From positions 1-64,000 of the forward strand of contig RHPI01003369.1 in assembly GCA_009103225.1 (NCBI GenBank): 64,000 bases of DNA. The letters run 5' to 3'. This document shows, one piece after another, positions 47,571-60,859 of this stretch. The stretch is from Chlorokybus atmophyticus (lineage: Eukaryota > Plantae > Mesostigma and Chlorokybus algae). Position 1 is the first letter of the stretch, and each line of letters begins with the position of its first letter. The notes beneath the pieces were generated by a model. That model saw nothing but the letters and a program-made list of their open reading frames with translations. It ran no database searches and was not told the origin of the DNA. The position numbers and the translations under genes are program-made.

Positions 47571-50396
47571 ATGAGCATGGGCGGAGAGGGCAACGACGAC
47601 GAGCCTGACTGGATGAAGGAGTTTCAGCCGGTAAGAGTCGCATGCTTGTAGGTGGTCAAGCCGTCAGCTGCGTGCTTGTTGCAAAAAGCTGTTGCAAAGG
47701 CATTTGTATATAATGCATGCAAGTGCATATTGGTTGTATGAAGCATTTGCCAACAGCATGCCTGGACACACAGAAAAAGCACACACATGAACAAAAGCAG
47801 AAAACCACACGTGCATGCGCGTACACATACGAAAAACATACAAGCCCAAACCCACACACTTGCATAGGCACGCTCGCACTCGCACTCTTTGTGCGTACGC
47901 ACGCGCGCACAGAGAGGGAGGCAGAAGACATGAACACCAATTGGCAAATGAACTTGACCGCAACAAACATAGTGCAAACAAATCCAGCCTGAGTTGTAAC
48001 ACAATGGGTAGTGGCCAATGGCTATTGCTGCGTGTAGCCTCCATCCAGAGCCGTAATGCTGCTGCTCATACAACCTACTTTAGCTTGTGCTCCATGTTGA
48101 AGGTGACCTCCACCGCTCCTAACCCTCCCACGCCATCAGATGATGATGAGAGCGTGCCTACGCCAAAGGCTTCAACTCCTCCCCAATCGGACAGCGACGG
48201 CGTCATTGACCTCTGCAACAGCACTGAGCCCAAACCAAGGCGTAAGCAGCTTAGTGCCAAGCTTGCTTCTACGCAAATGTGTAACACCATTTTGCTTGTT
48301 TCGTTGTTTGTCAATCGCTCGTTGGCTTGTTCGTTCGTTCGTTTGCTGGTCTGTCTGTCAGTTGGTTGGCTTGCTTGTTTGTCGTGGCTCATATGAAGTC
48401 AGTAGAGTACGAGTGCTAATGCAGTGTTATGTGTTATGACATAAGTTGAGTGATTGAAGCACCACGACTTGAAAATCTCAAACTCAATAAACTGAGTGAA
48501 GCGGTGCAGTGTTTGACTTGATGACTGAATGCAGGAATGAGGGAATGATTCATTCACAGTGGCTGTGGTCTAGCAGGTAAAAGTGACAGTAAAGCGAAAC
48601 AGAAAGGTTTCAACACAAGTAAAGCTGCCAAAGGCGGAGAAACCGGCAAGCTCCGGGCGCTCTTTCACAAAGCAGCTGAGCGGGCCACGCTGCGTGCAAA
48701 GGAACGAAGTCCATTGAAGAAGAGTCCTCTGAAAAAGAGTCCATTGACAAAGAGGAAAACACTCAGCTTGTCGCCCAGCAAAGCGAATGTTGCAAGCACA
48801 TCGAAGTCGGCGTTTTATGATTTGCCTGATGAAACCAAACCAGAAACATCGCCAAAGCGGCGACAGATTCATGAACAGGCTGCTTGCAATGATGATGGCG
48901 GCTTTGTCGACCTTGCGAACAATGAGGATGAACATAAAGGTGCTGGAGCTGTTCCCGGAAAGGTGGGTCCAGAAGAAGACGACCACGACAACCACAATGA
49001 GGAGAAGGCGCTTCCTGAAAAAGCAAGGCAGAAGGCAAGCCGTTGCGTGTGTGTGCTAGTATGCATGCGTGTATCTGATTCTGTACACATGCAAGCTCAT
49101 ACGTGCACATGTGGTTGAGGGTAGTTGCAGACAAATGACACCTAGAGGTTTGATATAACGCTGTTCTCTGTGTAACAGAGCTTGTCTTCAATGCCGCTAT
49201 TCCTATCAGAGAAGCTCTCGCGGGCCAAAGTGCTTGTTGAGGTGGACGGTGACAGCGCTGCAGCTGATTTGAGCGGCGATGCGGGTGCTGTGGGGCGGTT
49301 GCGTGTGGGCAACGCGAGTGATCCAGACACACTCATCTTTGACTTGAAAGGTGTGTTCCTGACGTTGAAGTTGTTGTTAGGTAGTGCAAATTGGCCTTGT
49401 GTGTCGTTGAAGTCTCTCCTGTGAGCAGGTGTCATCTACAGAGGAGACATTGTGCCATCCATGGCGCTATGCGTGGTAACGTGATAGGGTGATGCGGGGA
49501 TCTGTGACCTCAGAGACAGGCTGGCTGGTTGTGACAGTGAAACAACTATTTGTGCAGGTCAATATAGGTGCGGCGGAAGCCAAGGTGCGAGTGCGTGTGC
49601 GTGTGGCCATGCGCACGCGCAAATGGATATGTGCGTGCTACGCAAGGCTAGGCTGGTAGCGTATGCATTGCATGCTAGGTTAACAGCTTATGCTGCGTTG
49701 GTCATGTTACAGATTGAGTCTGTCACAACAGACTTCTTGAGGCTTACCGAGCAAGAGGGCTTGCAAGGAGGTGAAACTGTCGTGGAAGGTGAGGTTATGA
49801 GCACACTGACTGCGCTATCTCTCCAACAACACAACTGTGCCGGCAATGGGCACAATGCATAAAGTGTTGATTTGCCAACACTCCTTCGCAGGCAACCTGG
49901 GCGCATTTGACCTTGCTGCGGGCGATGAGGAGACAGCTGGCGTGGCCCTCTCGCAGAAGAAGCGCAAAGCGGAAGAGAGCAATGCACGTGGCAGTGATGA
50001 AGGGAATGGTGACGAAGATGGCAAAAGAAAAAAGAAGATGAAGCTGGCGAAAGCGCCTGCTAAGCCAAAGCTTGGAGTAAGCAAACCTCTTGCATCATTG
50101 TGTTGTTGAATTGTCTGCGTGCACGACTTCAACAGGTTATGGTCACTGCATCCGCGTGAAGCGGGTTACTCTGTTAGGCGCTTGGTGGCGCAACAAGGGT
50201 GAAACAAAAGACCAAAAAGGCTGGCAAGCCGCGTGCGAAAAAGGTAAGAGCAGAGAAGCGCAATGATTATGTATTAAGTAAAGGTTCGTGGCGTGCGCTG
50301 TCTCACCTCTGCTTGCTTTTCCATTAGGCACCCACTAAGCCGAGAGCAGCCAGCAAGGCCGCCAATGCGCGGCCGAAAAAGAAGGCGAAAGGGTGA
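47571..50396 (+). CDS. BIN4: BIN4-like topoisomerase VI accessory subunit
   Basis: N-terminal EPDWMKEFQP; EKLSRAKVLVEVDG...DLSGDAGAVGRL...FDLK|GVIY..DIVPS..CVV..G.AEAK|IESVTTDFLRL; Lys-rich tail. Confidence 0.8.
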
Positions 50397-51688
50397 GATT
50401 ATGTTTTCAGTCGTGTTGTGGGCAACATTGTGTGTAGCGTTGCACTACAGAACGATAGTCACATGCATATTCAGATGGTCAGCTGCAATCTACTGCCTGT
50501 CACAAGTCATGCCAAGGTTGCGGACCACGCTTGCGGTGGCTGCACAACTCTCTACCAGCAATGCCATTCGCTATTTTCTGTATCATTCATTACCGTGCAT
50601 GACAAGTGCAACTCAAGGCTTCATCACGTCCCCAGGCACTCGGACTGATAGCATTTACTACAAGTCATAATGATAGCTCTAGCGGTTGTGCCTCTGCATG
50701 GTGATCACTGTAGCGGCGGCGATCTTTTGACTAAGATGGTCTTCCAGTACGCAACAGCGCCTCCCGCTTGCCCCCTCCTCTATTTTCTCTGATTGGAACG
50801 AAAGAAAATAACCCCGCGCCCACAATCCTGTGTTTGCGCACTGCCTGTCAGCTGCCCACACCGCGTTGGGCATGTTAGCCTATCCGTCAATGACATTGGT
50901 ACTGTAAGTAAAAATGCTGTTGCATGTCCGTGTGTTTGAGAGGGAGAGAGATAATGCAAACATACATCCAATGTACATGGTGTGTGATGTGTCGCACAAC
51001 CAATGGCCTGCTTGCACAACTGCTTTGCAGTAGGTCATGTGCAAAACAGTAAACACAGGAAACAGCCAATCTATCACGCTGTTGGTTTGTTTTCACATGC
51101 CACCTCGAATGGCAATGCCATGGCATGGCGTGCTGTCGCATAGCACGCGCACAAACGCAATGAGATGAACCATGACATTTCTCAACAACACACTGTGAAA
51201 TGCGACTACCCTACCTACCTTGTTTCAGCTCGATGCAGAACCCATCCAGCTACAGCAGCCTCCCAGCCGGTACGTGGCAGTCTCACCGCTGTTGTTGTGC
51301 ACGCGCTACTCGTCAAGCTGCAGTGTCTCCTTCTGAACTGCTCAGAGGTTGCAGTGTGGCATGTCTTAATTCGAAGGGCACAGTGTGATGCTTGCGATTG
51401 AATGCTGTGCATTGGAGTCAGATTGCATCACAATGTTGTGGCATCAAGTGGTACATCCCTCAAGGGCATATCAGTGCACTCCTAGTCCGTGCGCCACTCC
51501 CTCTGTCCTGGGCAGCGGCGGCGGTGGCGGTGGCGGTGGCGGCGGATCTGGAGGGGGAAGGGGGAGGATGTGGGCTCTGCCTGTTCTCTCTCCAGGTCGC
51601 GAGAAAGAGCGCTGCTGCTTAGCGCTGCCGCTCCGCCCTCGCCAGTCAGCCCCAAGCTCTAGTGTGTCAGTGCGGCCTCCAGGTAAGG

Positions 51689-51690
<2 letters not shown>

Positions 51691-51744
<54 letters not shown>
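51691..51744. repeat. (TC)n microsatellite just after a GT donor
   Basis: About 27 TC units. Other microsatellites lie near 12301-12327 (CT), 40354-40387 (CCAA) and 63136-63165 (CA). Confidence 0.95.
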
Positions 51745-51747
<3 letters not shown>

Positions 51748-52706
51748 TTTCCCTATCCTGTACTTGCAGAAAACAGACGCTCACATGTGCACTTGTTCGT
51801 GCTTGTTGCTGTTTTACATGAAACGCTTGGAATGCAACGCAGTGGTAGCATTTCTGAGCACCTTCATGTCTGTTGGCCATGTTGTACTTCAATCAGGCAG
51901 GAGGTCTATTTTTAGTTGCCTCGCTGTTGTTGTTGATGAATGTGTGATGTTGCAGGCATATGAGGTTTCAATGGGTGTGGCCCTGTGGTTGCTGACGGGG
52001 GTAGTGAGACCTATTGATTAAAGGTGCGGTATGCCATGCAACTCTTAACACTTGGATGGTTACTGTACTATTTGAAGTACTTGTACTATAAAAAGTATTG
52101 AGAACCGGACTTTTTACGCTAACAAGTTGCAAACTCTATAGTATTAATCTATAGTCGTGCCATACATGGTTGGAAGCAAAAGTTGAAGGCATACACGAGA
52201 GAATTAACGTTAAGACTTGTTGGTCTATGATGTAGCATCCTCTAGTTGTAAATTCATACGAAATCTGCAGCACAACATGACCCGGTGGGTTATTATGAAA
52301 CAACTTATGCTATATCCAGTACAACATGGTTACCAACCTTGCAATAGCATCAGTACATGCTAGCAAACACATGTATAGTCACTTGTGCACACATTATCAA
52401 GTTTGGGATGTTGTTCAAGTGATAACACTATAGCACATTGCGCAGCCGCAAGCTGCATACTTATAAGCATGTTTAGAATTTTCACGCCATGCTCAAGTGC
52501 CGATCAGCCTAAGAAATTTTTCCATTAGTGTTTAAGTTATAAGGAATGCCTTCCCGAGAAGGTTGACTGAAGGTCTACATTTATTGTAGCATGTTACCTA
52601 AATTGCATTTCAATCATAATCATTACAATACAGTTATCGGCCTCCCTAGCGTTAAAGTGTAATTATATAATAAACGCATCGCAATTAGCGTTGATTTTGT
52701 AATAGT

Positions 52707-55700
52707 GTGCAACAACACCCCAGCATCAAAGCCGAAGATATCATCGCTGAAGTAAACATTTTTGCATTTGTAGTGTATTGCATGGATGGGGGAGCAAGGT
52801 TAAGCTGCCGTGGAATTGATAACGCGTTTTGTACATTAAAATCGGCAATGCGTACAACTTTAAGCGATGACAATGAGATTGAGGAGCTGTTCCGGCTCTT
52901 GCTTAATGAAGAGAAAAAGCATGGGCACCTAACTGTGTTGGTATGCTACTTCCATGGCAACGACAACGAGGTCATTGAGACATCGAGCAATTTCTTGCAA
53001 TGGTGATGGCGTAATAATGCAGCTTTTATTTGTTTGTGCAGTTGTTACTCGCTCGAGTCTAATTTGCTATACATACGTGTTTTTAATTAATAAAGAATGC
53101 GGAACGCGCTGCAATAAAGTGGAGGAGCAAACTCGAATCGCTGACGCCTCATTTGCTCAGCAGCGCTGATTGCACTACCAAACGGATCACCCGCTTAAGT
53201 TGTTGGTACAAGCAAACAACCGCTAGCTACTTGCTGACTTCTTCTAAGGTACCGATGAAGACAAGCTGAGGATTGTCTGCCTGGCACCGGAAGTCCCCTT
53301 TTCTCCTGGTAACCCATACGTCTCTTCAATGATATCAATGCTGCTATAGCTGCTACCTGAGAGTGTTGTCATTCGTGTCTCACTCTTTTTCTGTGTGACC
53401 TATGATGTTGCTGCTGCTTGCGCAGAGTGTGTGGTTCGTTTAGCTGATCATGAACATTGACATAATTGTGCGTACACCGCTGTGCATGCGGCCACTAATG
53501 AGCCACCTGCTGAGCGTGCATCAATGCCAACTTTATTGCTCCTGCTAGGTGGAGTGAAGAGAAAGGGAGCGCATGTTGTGACAGTCGCAACTTCTGCCGT
53601 CAGGCGTCTTCTTCAGCATGAACCACCTGCCAGCTTTTCTTGTTGGGCAAATCCAAGTCACAACAAGTACTCGCATACGCTGTGGGAGCAAGTTGTCGTG
53701 GATGTAGAGGACCTGAGCTTTGCTACTGAGGACGAGCTTATGCGCATGGGCATTGAATGCAAGTCGCATGCTAGGAAAATGTTTGCAACTGCGCAGGGCG
53801 ATGTAGCTTACCGCAACCTTCAATTGATATCGGTAAGTCTATCCAAGTTGAATTTTACTTGTTAATGTGCAGCCTTGCTTGCATTCACGCAATTCCATGC
53901 TGAACGCTTTCGGTATCTAACATTCGTGCTAGGTATGCAATGTGCATGTGTTAAAATCACAGATTGCTACGTGAGTTGATAAGCTTGCACAACAATTTCA
54001 GAGAGGAGCGATTGTCACGTCCACGCATACGATAAGTGGGTAACGGGGGCTTGTGAAAACGCATGTCAAGTTCCGTGATTGCGATGAGTTATTGGAGCTA
54101 AGCGAAGCTTTCTACCAAACTTGACATGAGCATTGTGTTCAATTGTATGCGCTTCCAGACCAAATACGATACGCTGATATGAAGACAGGTGATGGTTACC
54201 GCAGGCGTCCACGTATGTACAACAACATAGGTTGCCTCGTACAGGCCATTCTGGCAACTATGAGCGACGCCCACCCAACTGGAGACTTTGTGCATTGCAA
54301 ACAAAGAGGGATTGAAGGTCTTGCTTCAGACATCGCTTCGTGTGGTTTCAAGGATGAGGTATGAATGCATCGGCTGTAACTGTTGATGCTTTGCCAAAGC
54401 ATTCAGTGGATGTAACGTGTTTCATGTCTTGTAGGCCGCAAACTCCAGGTTGTTGCACTGCATGTATGTTGTGACAAGCATGTATTACTGCGTATTACTG
54501 CTTTCGTATGTTGTGACAAGCATGTATACTGTTGTGACAAGCATGTATTACACTTGATGAATTTGAGACCTGCAATTGCATAAGCATACCGGGTATGGCA
54601 TAGACCAGTTTTGTGGACGTTAGCTCATAGGCAGCACACAGATGTTAACCTTATGTCTCATGCAACGATGCCGTTCCTTGTATCATATTAAGGTTGGAGA
54701 AGCTGAGTGCGTGTGGTTGCGCTGCGAGAGACGAGTGCAAGCGCGAGTGCTTTCAATTACAATGCATGCATTGTACGGGATGGTCCGCATCTGCAAGCGG
54801 CCGTGTTTCAGCATCAGCTCGGTGCATCAGACGCGGCTTGGTTCATGCATGGTTGCTCACTTCAGTATGCCGCCACGGATGGGCTGTGTGAGATAGACAC
54901 ATTATCATCGGGATTTAATGTATAAATATCAGTATGATGCTTTGTCATGTCACACGGTCATTTGCATGTTCCACCAATTGCATGCAAGAATGAGGATCCG
55001 TGGAATGTTGCTCTATTATAGTGGAGTGTTACTCTATCATGATAAGGTTTGCGGGAATTGGTATTCTGCTGCCACCTAGCCTTGCACTGTAAAATTGAGG
55101 GCGCGGTTGAGGCGGTGATGGCCGTGCGCGTTATCACGCGGAGCGGGTACAAGTGCAACCTGATAGTGGACTACACACTTGTGAGGTGGTTACGGCGCTT
55201 GGCAGGGGCGTGTGTGCTATGCGAGGCGTTGCGCGGGCTAAACACTTTTAAAACATGGCAATACGTGCTGAAGGTTTGCCCGCGTGTCGATGATCTTCTT
55301 GCTGACAGGCGCATGCTCATTAAAACGAAAAATTAGAGTAAGGCACGTGCAACGCACGTACAATATGCAAAGAAGCAGTTGTAATGGGGAAAGAAGCTAT
55401 TCCATTTTATGCAATGTAGCAACATCGAAAGTGCTGGGGTACTCTAGTCTTTAATAGAGATGTAGCAATTGTATAGCAACTCTTATGCAGTTATGCAGAG
55501 TATTGAATGTTATGTTTCAAGCATAGTTTCCTCATCAATGTAGAAACTATTGCCATGTGTGCACATGCATGCTAATAAAGCTTGGCTAGGGAAGCTATGT
55601 GCTTTACGTTTGGCCTCTTGAAGGTCAACACGATATCATTGTTTGCGGTATGTGAGTGGAACGAGAAGTCATAGTCCTCCTACATCTTGGCAAGCACAGC

Positions 55701-56440
55701 CAAACCGGCTTGCCTACGCTACTTGCACATGGTGCCATTGCGCCATTGGGGTTACTAGGCGGCTCCAGCACTCGTGCAATGCTGGTTGAAGCAAGCATCA
55801 TGCTGACACCATTGCTCGGGCGCCCTATGCATTGGAAAGGTGCAAGACTCCTTCCAGTCGTCGAACCATCTGCGCTCTTACAATGTCTGCCGATGTGCTT
55901 AAAAGCCTAAACTTCTGGCATGCCAATGGAGTTCTTCACAACGATGTGTGTCCCGACAACATCGGCGTCGTGGAGGGGCTATCATCGTGTTGCTGAGCGC
56001 ACTATTTGTACGACATTAGCACTGCCAGCTGTGCAGCTTTGGGCTGAGAGCATGAAGAGATCTTACAAATGTATTCATCCACTGGATGAATACATTTGCA
56101 TGGCATGCAATGAATGTTACACGGCTCCAACCCAGCATTTAATGATGGAGACATTGCGAGCTCTCATGTACATTTGTATGGCACAATCTGGGCACGAGCC
56201 TCTACCGTGAGCCGGCGCAATCAACCGTGACATCCTCCAGTATCATGACTTGCGCTTCAACTTATGCGACATCCGGAGAGCAACCCTGTGCTGCAAGCGT
56301 GGCCGCCAAATTTGCAGGAAGTTGCCAAAGAGGTGTTTGCGCGTGACAATGGTATCATCACACTGAAGTATGAAGCCGATGAGCCGGTGCCAACGGGCGA
56401 GTGGCTGCGCTTGCTGCGCAGCGGCATCCACACATAGGTG
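52707..56440 (+). pseudogene. Decayed SAM-domain + protein kinase gene (fungal-type/Crinkler-associated kinase style)
   Basis: SAM-like VVDVEDLSFATEDELMRMGIECKSHARKMF (~53690-53795); YVLKV...LLAD..ML (~55260-55330); DVLKSLNFWHANGVLHNDVCPDNI (55891-55963) followed by an in-frame TGA and YLYDIS; frameshift near 55890. Confidence 0.5.
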
Positions 56441-57179
56441 GAGCCCACTCCCCCGCTAGAGCAGTAGAAGCTGGATGGGTTGACAAAGCTCATTGACCTG
56501 CGTAACATTGTTCTCGATGTTCAATGAAACATGAGCTGAGCCGTTGGGTTTTATGCACACGCCTGCACCTGGGTGCCTTCTCATTTGATTTGAAAGTAGC
56601 GACAATCTCACCTTCCTTGTGCACACCAACTTTATTGCCTGCAACCTGTAGCATTGTATGCACACCATAAAATGCATGGTATGTTAACGACAAAACATGC
56701 CAAGATTGGTTCATCTTACACACAATATGTGTACCCGAACGCAACGATGCACTGCATTGAAACTGTTAACAAGCAGTCCTATGCGCATGCCTGCTGGAAT
56801 TCTGAAGCCGCCATGGCCAAAGCATACACCTCGCAGGCACGAACGGAGCACATGCACCCCAATGCAGCTCATTGCACCAAGCGCTTGCAGGGTGCCATGC
56901 ACCCACATTCTATTGAACACACACATTTAAGCATTCAAAGCGCACGACAGCGTCTCAACAGTGCTCATAACGATATGTGTGGCTGCTTGAGCGTTGTGTA
57001 AGACATCATCGCGAGGTTACAGCTGTGCCAAGTTACTGCCACCTTGTGGCGTGCAAGGTGGTTGTGAATTCCGAGCAGCCAGCACAACCCGGCACTGACC
57101 AGGACCACATGATGCATCAAGGCATGCCAAATCAATACTCGTTATACACGCAGATATGTAGAAGTAATGTACCCTAGTG

Positions 57180-60128
57180 CTAGTGCCAATCGCGTGAGCG
57201 CTCTCGCACAGGAGACGTGCGACGATAGTCTCTGTCTCTGTCCCTGTCCCGATCCCGGCCCCTTTCCCGCTCCTTATCTCTATCATAACCATAATCCCTG
57301 CACGCCAGAGAACGGTTCATACCAGTAACTCTTATACCAAGTGTGTGTGTGTGTGCCATGCTGGTCGACACCATTCCCTTAAAAACAACAAATGTGCCAA
57401 CTCTCTGTGTAACACAGCTTGTCATGCACGCAATAGGCAGTAGGCCAGCTTGAACTAACTTCAAGAAGAACAGCAGGACGCAGAAATACCCCTCTTACCT
57501 GTCGCGGTCACGACTGCGACTTCTGTCTCTCGAACGCGACCTCTTTCGCTCACGCTCTCGCCCCCCTTCCCGGTCTCTGTCCCTGTCCCTGTCCCTGTCC
57601 TGATCCCAATCCCGATCCCGATCAGAGTCGCGCGCTTGAGCTGCATCACGGTCATAATCATCCCGCGACACGTCTTTGCCACGGTAATCGCTGCTGGGAG
57701 GTTCGGACGCAGTATTGTTTGTGTGGTTATGGGTGTTCGTGGCGGCTGATTGCGATGGTGCCTGTTGTGCCTGCTGCAGCAGCTCCTCCTTGTGCTTCAT
57801 GCGGTACTTCTTCTTGAGGTTGCCAAACTCGTCGTACAGCTCGCCATCATCCTGAAACCAGAACAAGACTTATAGGTCAGCAAACCAATAGCATGTCCTT
57901 CTTGCAATTTGTTGTAATCGTGTGCTTGCATGCCCAAATGACACAAACCTCTTCGCGCAATTTTCGCCGCCGTCGTGCTTCCTCCAGCTCCGCCTCGTCC
58001 AACTCTTTGAAGCCGCCGCCACGCCCTCCGCTGTTGCACACAAGAGGTATGTTGTCGCGCATGCATGCGTGGGTGCATGTGGGTGTGCCTTCGTGCATCT
58101 TGCGTACGTCTATGCAAGTGAGAAATATAATATGCTTCAATTCTTGCACGTACCGCTGCTCATTGATGCCGCCGGGTTTGGATGTGTTGCAGATGTTGCA
58201 TTTGGCACGCTTCGCCCAGTTCATGTTGCTGCACCTGCAACACACAAGTATGACCAGAGAGCTTCGCAAAACTCAATCAACAAGGGTTTTTAGGGTGATG
58301 ATGCACCATGACATGTGCGCTTACATTGGACACGCCCAGTCTCCAGGGCCAAACAGCGGCTTTCTCCCAAACTCAGGTCCTCCATCCCCTCTTTGCCCTG
58401 CACACATATGCACGTGACCACACGCGCACACACGCGCGCGCAAGTACACAGATACGAACATCACCACAGCAACACCCGACTGGACACCAAAACAACCCCC
58501 AACAATCAAACAGGCAAAACCAAATCCGCACAAAACGACCACACGCACACAGCAACAGCACTGACCACACTACAACCTTTTGTTCTCACCTCTCCCCGCG
58601 CCGCGTCCCATGCCACCCGTTCCCCCTCCCCTCCCTCTCCCCGCCCCTCCCGCGCCGCCCGCCACGCCGCCGCCGCCACCGCTCGGGCGACCCGTGCCGC
58701 AGCGGTTGCATTGGCCGCGGAAGGCAAAGTTCACGTTGCCACAACTGCAAAGGACGCCAACATGAATGCTGCAAGTGTGCTGAGCACTAGATCTTGTGGT
58801 CATGTGGATGTTAGCACAATTGCTATGCAAGCTGCTTTGGGTATGTCATAGTGTACATTTGCCATTGCTCTTACCTTGGGTTAGGACACTGCCAGTCGCC
58901 ATCTTTCTGCCATTCAGGCTTGGCCCCATCAGCTCCCATACCTGCTGCTGATATAACCGTGTCAAGAGCCCGAACCCACAATCACTGCAAGCACAACCAC
59001 ACCTTCGAAGACTCACTCACCTGGTTGTTCTGAGTACTCCGGCTGTTGTGGTTGTTGTATTATGGGTGCAACGGGTGCTGGAGCCTCTCCTTTTCGCTGT
59101 GCAAGCGACACCTGTGCAAACATACACATGTGTGTGCGTACATGCGCGCGTGGATGCATGTGTGTATGTATGTGTGCGTGTTTGCGAGCTCGACACTGCT
59201 GGTGCGCTTGAAGAAAATGCAATGTCTAAATGTCTGTCACTGTTTTGCATGCCCTGCTTCTGTATAACTAATGAAGCAGCACCTGGAGTACACTTCCAAG
59301 GAACTCCTTGTTGTTGAACCACTCCACTGCCGCGCCCGCTGCATACGGGTCCTGCATGTAGATGAACAGTTTTATGTCCATTCAACCAACAACATCATGT
59401 AGGATAGGGCAACAATCACACACTGAGCTTGACAGGCGCCAGCGTGCATGCTCATCAGTTTGGAATGCTGATAACCAACCACTCACAACTACTTGGACAA
59501 AAGGGCAACACAAGCATTGCACACAGAACGCAAACAGCAGAAGCAACAACAATAAAGGAACGGCAACAACACTTGCCATGTAGCTGACAGTGCCGTCGCC
59601 CTTCAGTGCCCCTGTGGCCTTATCTCTGCAGCACACAATTGTACGTAATCAAACTACGCAACGTTGTTCGCAACGCCCTAGTTATCCACCATGCAGACAA
59701 TGCTTGGATCTCACAAAGCCAAGAGCAAGTGCAAAAATGAGTCAGTTTGCCAGAATGATAGCATTTATCTGATTTAACGCAGGATGACATGTTGTGCACA
59801 GCCGTCCAAACTCGCAGCCACACATGGCACTTATACATGCAAATCACCTGTACAGCCATATCTTAGGCAGGTTGGTCCGCCTGTCCATCTGTTCAAACAC
59901 ATTGTACAATTCAATTCGGCACATGGCAGATAATTCATGCATACCGTCCAACAACGGAGAATGAAGCAGCCATCAGAAGCCAACAGGCAAGCGCATAACA
60001 TATTGCACTCGCACACGCACCTTGAGCATGCCTATGGTGGCGAACAGCTCCGCCAGGTCCTGTTCCCCCGCGTGCGGCGGAATGCCGGACACATACACCG
60101 TGTCCGAGGGGGGCGGAGGCTCCTGCAT
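57180..60128 (-). CDS. TAF15: TAF15-like RNA-binding protein (RRM + two RanBP2 zinc fingers + RS/RD tail)
   Basis: SDTVYVSGIP...LFATIG; KDKATGALKGDGTVSY; GDWQCPNP|SCGNVNFAFRGQCNRC; GDWACPM|CSNMNWAKRAKCNIC; GGGFKELDEAE...DDGELYDEFGNLKKKY. Confidence 0.8.
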
Positions 60129-60859
60129 GGCGACCGACTGCTTCTACTCTTCCTCCACCGCCGCCGCCGCAGCAAGGCGGTAAAACGCCAACTGCTGTTA
60201 GGGCTGCAGTTAGTTAGCCTCGCGACCAGGTTGAAACCGGTTCCGCTAACCGCGTGGCCTAACGGAGGCAGTGCTTTCCGGCACGGCGGGCAATCGTTTA
60301 TTCAATTTATGAAGTTTGTTAGCCTTCCCCGCAGTCGATAGCACATTTACTCATCACCATTTCATTTCATTAATGTGCTCGTAACCGCAACGCATTGTCC
60401 ATGGTAAAGCTTGCTTCAGCAGAAGTGGCCAGTAAGCATGCCACAAATTTCTGCCCTCTAGAGCTTTGTGCACGCATTGAGTCCGGCCATTCAACATGAC
60501 TGCCGCTGTTAATATTGAAACCTGCCGAACCTGTCGCTACCTGCATGACATCAACAACACGTGTCTGCACATACAACTTTTTGTGTTGCTTCTGGCTGAA
60601 AACATGAGCGCACTTGCATACGTAACTCATGCATTTGCACCCACATGCAAGCCACATGAACTGGCTGGTTGTTGTGTACAGAGGCCTGAGGCCCCGCGTA
60701 CTGCTGACCAGTCATGGCCGCAACACCGTGTTACATACGCACACAAGTGTACAACACCTCGGCACGTTGTACGCTTGGGTAAGCTAGCCACCTACAAAAA
60801 CAGAAACCGAACAATGCCTAACACATTGCCACAACAACGTAGTCTACAATATCTACAAC

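Noticed and set aside
51200-51690. Small exon-like segments with a poly-Gly tract and a strong GT donor
   Set aside because: No start, end or family could be supported.
54467-54548. Three copies of TGTTGTGACAAGCATGTAT, superficially CRISPR-like
   Set aside because: Only 19 bp, irregular spacers (23 and 2 nt), eukaryotic context and no cas genes; simple local duplication.
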